A stretch of DNA of 64,000 nucleotides, taken from the IMG/VR virus record IMGVR_UViG_3300037455_000857, one strand, 5' to 3'. The stretch is from an uncultured virus (IMG/VR IMGVR_UViG_3300037455_000857) (lineage: Duplodnaviria; Heunggongvirae; Uroviricota; Caudoviricetes). How positions within the stretch are numbered: position 1 is the stretch's first letter; the number at the start of each line of letters is the position of its first letter. The notes beneath the pieces are model-generated. The model did not search any database and was not told the DNA's origin. It worked only from the letters and a program-made list of their open reading frames with translations. Made by a program: the position numbers and the translations under genes. Positions 59,714 through 64,000 of the stretch are shown here, piece after piece.

Positions 59714-60784
59714 TTATCTTTCCCAAATTTTCACAGCCTTGTATATGGGCTGTTCTTTGAAATATTCCACGTCAAGCGGGAGTTTCAGATTGACGAATCG
59801 CCACACCACCCATATACAATAGTCTTTTCCGTTTTGCGTGAGGTTTGAATCCAACTGCGCGAGGTCTGTCCGTGTGAACGTTTCCTTGCCCGCATCATAT
59901 GGGGCGTGCTTGTAAAAGATGATGAACACGCCATCCTTGTAGAATCGCGTATCGCGGAGTGCGATTGCAAATCCGAAATATTTGTCATAGGTTTCGTTCT
60001 CAATGTCTTCCTTTGATATGTACACGCCTATGTGCTTGGTATTGGGTTTTCCAATCAAGGCAATGTCGCCCGTCTTGAAGTTGGCACGCATATCCATCGC
60101 GCTATTATAATGTACTATATGGTTGCGCAGCCGTTCTCTTGATATAGGCTGTATGTTGAGTTTTTCTTTAAGCGGTTTTATGTTTTTGAGATTCCATTTC
60201 GAAGAATCCCCGCTCAAACTTGTAACGGTTTGGAACATAGTGTCTATGTTCTGGATATTGTCCGTTTTTATCTGTGTGTCGTTGCGCTTTCTTTTCCATA
60301 TAAGTTCATACCCATTGTCTTCAAACGATGCCGTCATACATACTTTTTTAACCAAATCCGTTGGATTTATCGACTTCAGATTTTTGTGTCTGAAAATGGC
60401 TATAACCGTTCTGTGTGTTATGGTCGGGCTTTGGCTTGTTTCTTGCAAGTTGTTGTCGAATTCATCCAACAGAGTGTATGTCAGACGGTTTACGTCTCCG
60501 CAATAGTTTATGATACAACCGCTGTGGTTGGTATCGTTGTTCACTATATCTTGGTTGAGTCCGCATTTGGAATAGTCATTGTATGCCACAAACATTCCCA
60601 TTGAAAGAGTGATGCCGCCGAATGCCTGCTCGTCTTTTATAGTAAGCAAGTCCCCCGTTTGCAGGTTGGAACGCATATAGTGTGGAGTCATTCTATCCCC
60701 CACACGCTCGTTGCGCAGTCTTTCGTCCGAAATGGGCTTTATATTCAGTTTCTCGTTAAGTTGTCTTGTGTTCAGTACTTTCAT
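59714..60784 (-). CDS. Tagged polyprotein: 2 x TGDIV
   Basis: LNE-KLNIKPISDERL; internal LKE-KLNIQPISRERL. Confidence 0.85.
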   Translation of the reverse strand: MKVLNTRQLNEKLNIKPISDERLRNERVGDRMTPHYMRSNLQTGDLLTIKDEQAFGGITLSMGMFVAYNDYSKCGLNQDIVNNDTNHSGCIINYCGDVNRLTYTLLDEFDNNLQETSQSPTITHRTVIAIFRHKNLKSINPTDLVKKVCMTASFEDNGYELIWKRKRNDTQIKTDNIQNIDTMFQTVTSLSGDSSKWNLKNIKPLKEKLNIQPISRERLRNHIVHYNSAMDMRANFKTGDIALIGKPNTKHIGVYISKEDIENETYDKYFGFAIALRDTRFYKDGVFIIFYKHAPYDAGKETFTRTDLAQLDSNLTQNGKDYCIWVVWRFVNLKLPLDVEYFKEQPIYKAVKIWER

Positions 60785-62190
60785 AGCCTTGTGTTTTTTA
60801 CTATTATTCCGTCAACCCTGCATTTGTCAAATATGCTGAAGTCGGAGATTCTCACGCAACCGTTAAGATTGATGTTTCCGCCAACGTATTCGGGTACTGC
60901 GCTGACATCGACCAAATTGTAGCAGAACGACAGCACGAAGTCGCCGCTTATATTCAATGGGACATCGTTTATCCTTTCAAGATTCGTGCAATATGCGAAA
61001 TCGAAATTGCCCTTTACTGTTTTTGGAGAGCCGTCAAATGAAACCAAATCCGTGCATTTGTTGAACAATGCGTCACCTCCTATTTCCTGCGGTGCGCCGA
61101 TTAGGTTTTTCAGTTTGACGTTTCTGTTGCACCAAAAACCCCCGCCGACTTTCTGCGGTGCGCCTTCAAGGGTTTGCAGGTTTTCGCAGTTCGAGCAGTC
61201 CAAATTACCGATTACCTGCTTCGGTGCGCCTTTCATTGTGAGCAGTCCCTTGCAGGACGAACAGTTGAAGTCAGAGCCTATTTCCTGCGGTGCGCCTTCG
61301 AGCGTTTCGATGTTGTTGCACATAGCGCAACTGAACCACCCGCCGACTTTCTGCGGTGAGCCTTTCAGTGATGTCAGTCCTTGGCATCCAGCGCATTGGA
61401 AATTGCCTTTCACTTCTGTCGGCGCGTTTTCAAGCGAAACCAAGTCGGAGCAACCGCCGCTGTTGAAATTACCGCCCAACTTCCCAACGGGAACGGGTAT
61501 TTTGCCGTCAACCAAGTCCTTGTCGTTCAGAATCAGATTTTCGATGCCGTCAAATCTCTGCGTGCTTACGTTGTATGTGAGGTGGTGATTCTCAACAAAC
61601 GCTTTCTGCTCCAAACTCAAACGCGGAACAAGTCTGTCTTTGGGAAACGGGTGTATGTCGAGTTTCTCGTTCAAATTTGCGCCTCTCGCCCAAAGGAGTG
61701 AGAATATGTTTACTTTGTCGTTGAATTTGTTTCCGATATACTCAAAGTCAATCGGTGTTTTCACAATGGACGGAACTCGATATACAGCATATATTCGATG
61801 TATGTTGTCTTTGTTTTTTATCTCGAAGTTTCGGTCAAACGATTTAAGATACTCGTAGTTGTTGTATTTGTCCCCGAATACGGAAACAAACACGCCTTCA
61901 CCAACGTAGTCTTTGTTTAGAAAACACATACCAGTTTCGTTCATATAGTATTTTTCGTCTTTCATCCAATCCTCGTATGATATGTAAACTTGAAGTTTCG
62001 CGTTATACTCATCGTATTTGCTCCCGATTAAATGTCCTTCGGATATGATTGCGATGTCGCCCGTTTTGAAATTGGCACGCATTACTTCCTTTGTCTTATA
62101 AAGAGAGTAAAATCCGCCTTTAAACCTATTCATCGGAATTGGCTGTATGTTGAGTTTCTCGTTGAATTGCTTTGTGTTCAGTATTTTCAT
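60781..62190 (-). CDS. Tagged polyprotein: TGDIV + LRR-like repeats
   Basis: FNE-KLNIQPIP; internal LNE-KLDIHPFPKDRL; LEGAPQxxGGxFxC repeats. Confidence 0.85.
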   Translation of the reverse strand: MKILNTKQFNEKLNIQPIPMNRFKGGFYSLYKTKEVMRANFKTGDIAIISEGHLIGSKYDEYNAKLQVYISYEDWMKDEKYYMNETGMCFLNKDYVGEGVFVSVFGDKYNNYEYLKSFDRNFEIKNKDNIHRIYAVYRVPSIVKTPIDFEYIGNKFNDKVNIFSLLWARGANLNEKLDIHPFPKDRLVPRLSLEQKAFVENHHLTYNVSTQRFDGIENLILNDKDLVDGKIPVPVGKLGGNFNSGGCSDLVSLENAPTEVKGNFQCAGCQGLTSLKGSPQKVGGWFSCAMCNNIETLEGAPQEIGSDFNCSSCKGLLTMKGAPKQVIGNLDCSNCENLQTLEGAPQKVGGGFWCNRNVKLKNLIGAPQEIGGDALFNKCTDLVSFDGSPKTVKGNFDFAYCTNLERINDVPLNISGDFVLSFCYNLVDVSAVPEYVGGNINLNGCVRISDFSIFDKCRVDGIIVKNTRL

Positions 62191-62197
62191 ACATTGT

Positions 62198-62692
62198 TTA
62201 TCTTTCCCAAATGATTTTTGCGTTTTTTGTGTTCGGATATTTGTAGTATTCTTCGTCAAACTTGCCGTGATTTATAAAAGGATTCCTATAAACGCAAATG
62301 ATTTTGCTTTTTCCAATATGATAATCACTAATAAGTTCATCATTGTAACTGCTGCAATATTCATATACGAAACCGCTTGCATATGTTTTACTGCTAACGA
62401 ACACACCGTCTCTGATATTATCGGAATAGTAATTCAAATTATTTAATCCAAGCAGTTTTCCGAATTGTTTGTCAATCAAATCTTCAAATGAAACATATAC
62501 AGATTTTATGTCCGAACCGCTTGACACACCATTATAATTCACCATTTCTGATATGACAATATCGCCAGTTTCGAAATTGTTGCGCATATCCTTTGGCGTG
62601 GCGTATTTTGCCGAAATGCGTTGCAATACATTCTTGTCGATAGGATGTATGTCGAGTTTCTCGTTGAATTGCCTTGTGTTCAGTATTTTCAT
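62198..62692 (-). CDS. Tagged protein, TGDIV domain
   Basis: FNE-KLDIHPIDKNVL; FETGDIV. Confidence 0.82.
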   Translation of the reverse strand: MKILNTRQFNEKLDIHPIDKNVLQRISAKYATPKDMRNNFETGDIVISEMVNYNGVSSGSDIKSVYVSFEDLIDKQFGKLLGLNNLNYYSDNIRDGVFVSSKTYASGFVYEYCSSYNDELISDYHIGKSKIICVYRNPFINHGKFDEEYYKYPNTKNAKIIWER

Positions 62693-63156
62693 AAACGTTG
62701 TCTTTCTTTGTCATATATGAGTTTGCATCGTTCTTTCGGTGGATTCTTGAAATACATAGGTTTTAACGGTTGTGATATTTCTGACGGTCGATATACCTTT
62801 TCAACACAAACCGTTTTTAATCGAACCAAATCCTTGTCAAAATAATCGACAATTCCAAATCCAAGCGTTCCGAGGTATTTTGTGATAAAAACACCGTCTT
62901 CCAATTTCCCGTATTTCATCATATCATTAATGCTCATATTAAGAAGTTCGTTATACTTGTATTCAGTCAAATCGTTTTTCGATACGAAAACACCGTCAAC
63001 ACCGCCGTTGGTTGAAAGGGTCACAATGTCACCAGTTTTGAAATCGGCACGCATATCTTCGGCTGATTTCGGTATGAATATGTTGTCGAGTCGTTCTTTT
63101 GACATCGGCTGTATGTCGAGTTTCTCGTTGAATTGACTTGTGTTCAGTATCTTCAT
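62689..63156 (-). CDS. Tagged protein, TGDIV domain
   Basis: FNE-KLDIQPMSKERL; FKTGDIV. Confidence 0.82.
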   Translation of the reverse strand: MKILNTSQFNEKLDIQPMSKERLDNIFIPKSAEDMRADFKTGDIVTLSTNGGVDGVFVSKNDLTEYKYNELLNMSINDMMKYGKLEDGVFITKYLGTLGFGIVDYFDKDLVRLKTVCVEKVYRPSEISQPLKPMYFKNPPKERCKLIYDKERQRL

Positions 63157-63162
63157 ACGGCG

Positions 63163-63822
63163 TTAAATTTTGTCCCAAACGAAAATGAAAAGTTGCAGGA
63201 AGCACACGACTTCCATAAAGAATATCCACGCCTTGTTGTCAACGTCAACGGAATAGTCGGGGTTGTATGCGCCAGGGGTGTTGATGCCTATCAGTATGAA
63301 CATCACATAGGACAGAATCATACTCGGTATCGCGACAAAACTTGTAAGGCAGAGATAAGTCGTGATGAGTGCTATTGTAACAAGGGAGCAGATATAGTGT
63401 ATGGGTCTTGCCCAACCGTATTTGAAAAACACGCTTGGCTTGAATTTCTCCAAGAGTTCCTTTATGAATTCCTTGAATGACTTTTTGACGATGGGCTGCT
63501 TGGTGTCGAAGCGAACTTCGGGTACATAGGTGTCTCCGCCGTCACGTTTTGGTCCAGATTTGTAGCGGCAACTAACGCCTATCATAACCATACACACGAC
63601 AACCACAATCGGAATCCAACAAAGGTTTTTCGGGGATATTGTGAACCACCAAAAACCGAATGGAACTGCGGTTAGCGAACACCACGCGCTGAACATCCAA
63701 TCCCATTTGTTAGGGAGAAGGTAGTATGTTTCGGAAATTGATACGGGAACTCCGTATTTGAACAATATAAAGATTATGTATGCAAAGCACAACACAATCG
63801 AAATAATGGGTAAACTAATCAT
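63163..63822 (-). CDS. Multi-pass membrane protein
   Basis: About six hydrophobic segments; directly upstream of and co-oriented with the tagged array. Confidence 0.8.
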   Translation of the reverse strand: MISLPIISIVLCFAYIIFILFKYGVPVSISETYYLLPNKWDWMFSAWCSLTAVPFGFWWFTISPKNLCWIPIVVVVCMVMIGVSCRYKSGPKRDGGDTYVPEVRFDTKQPIVKKSFKEFIKELLEKFKPSVFFKYGWARPIHYICSLVTIALITTYLCLTSFVAIPSMILSYVMFILIGINTPGAYNPDYSVDVDNKAWIFFMEVVCFLQLFIFVWDKI

Positions 63823-63829
63823 AATACTC

Positions 63830-64000
63830 TTATTTTTCTCTTTTTATGTCAACTATCATCCTCAAATTGGGTGATATATTATCTTGGTTGATTATGTCGA
63901 ACAATCCAAAGATGTTCTGCCACACGGGAAGCATCATATCGTTTTTTCCAAAGTCCAATGGCAGGAAATCACGAATCAGCGATTGCTGCTCATACGTATA
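63830..64000 (-). CDS. 3' end of a gene entering from beyond the window
   Basis: Open frame ...YTYEQQSLIRDFLPLDFG...VDIKREK stop. Confidence 0.5.
   Translation of the reverse strand, partial: YTYEQQSLIRDFLPLDFGKNDMMLPVWQNIFGLFDIINQDNISPNLRMIVDIKREK

Noticed and set aside
48195..63156. Diversity-generating retroelement acting on the FISUMP-like genes
   Set aside because: No reverse transcriptase or near-identical template repeat is visible in this window. It cannot be excluded elsewhere in the genome.
48195..63156. Integron-like cassette array with attC sites
   Set aside because: Intergenic gaps are only about 0-25 bp with no palindromic sites, and the repeat lies in frame inside coding sequence.
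1..64000. Stop-codon reassignment as in Lak or some crAss-like phages
   Set aside because: Genes are intact and tightly packed under code 11, TAG and TGA end genes at sensible places, and no CTA or TCA suppressor tRNA was found.

Overview
This window is part of a large T4-like (jumbo) phage genome. The host is probably a Bacteroidota, based on TAnnTTTG promoters and Bacteroidota-type boxA sequences. Code 11 fits and I saw no suppressor tRNA. From left to right it contains: (1) a 5'-truncated giant Gly-X-Gln collagen-like fibre gene; (2) a MoxR-type AAA ATPase with a HEXXH-vWA partner; (3) phoH; (4) a regulatory block of tandem promoter/boxA units; (5) a ~13.5 kb RNA-gene region with 34 canonical tRNAs covering all 20 amino acids, mixed with unexplained structured RNAs; (6) a truncated tnpB; (7) a T4 gp17-like terminase; (8) a run of small accessory genes; (9) a 15 kb array of 19 genes. 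The strongest candidate new system is a peptide tag. It reads hydrophobic-X-E followed by KLNIQP(I/M)SKERL and occurs about 36 times in 26 ORFs, once per domain, including between the domains of multi-domain proteins. The leader before the Glu resembles the T4 capsid-targeting sequence MKTYQEFIAE. This suggests head-packaged, protease-processed polyproteins whose released domains all start with the same second signal. The second candidate system is in the tRNA region. A repeated AAGRTRY-NN-ACAGCAA...RYAYCTTG RNA module either carries an isolated anticodon hairpin or, circularly permuted, replaces the anticodon arm of tRNA bodies. A mimic of the 23S rRNA uL11-binding domain lies nearby. All calls are by eye and no database searches were run.
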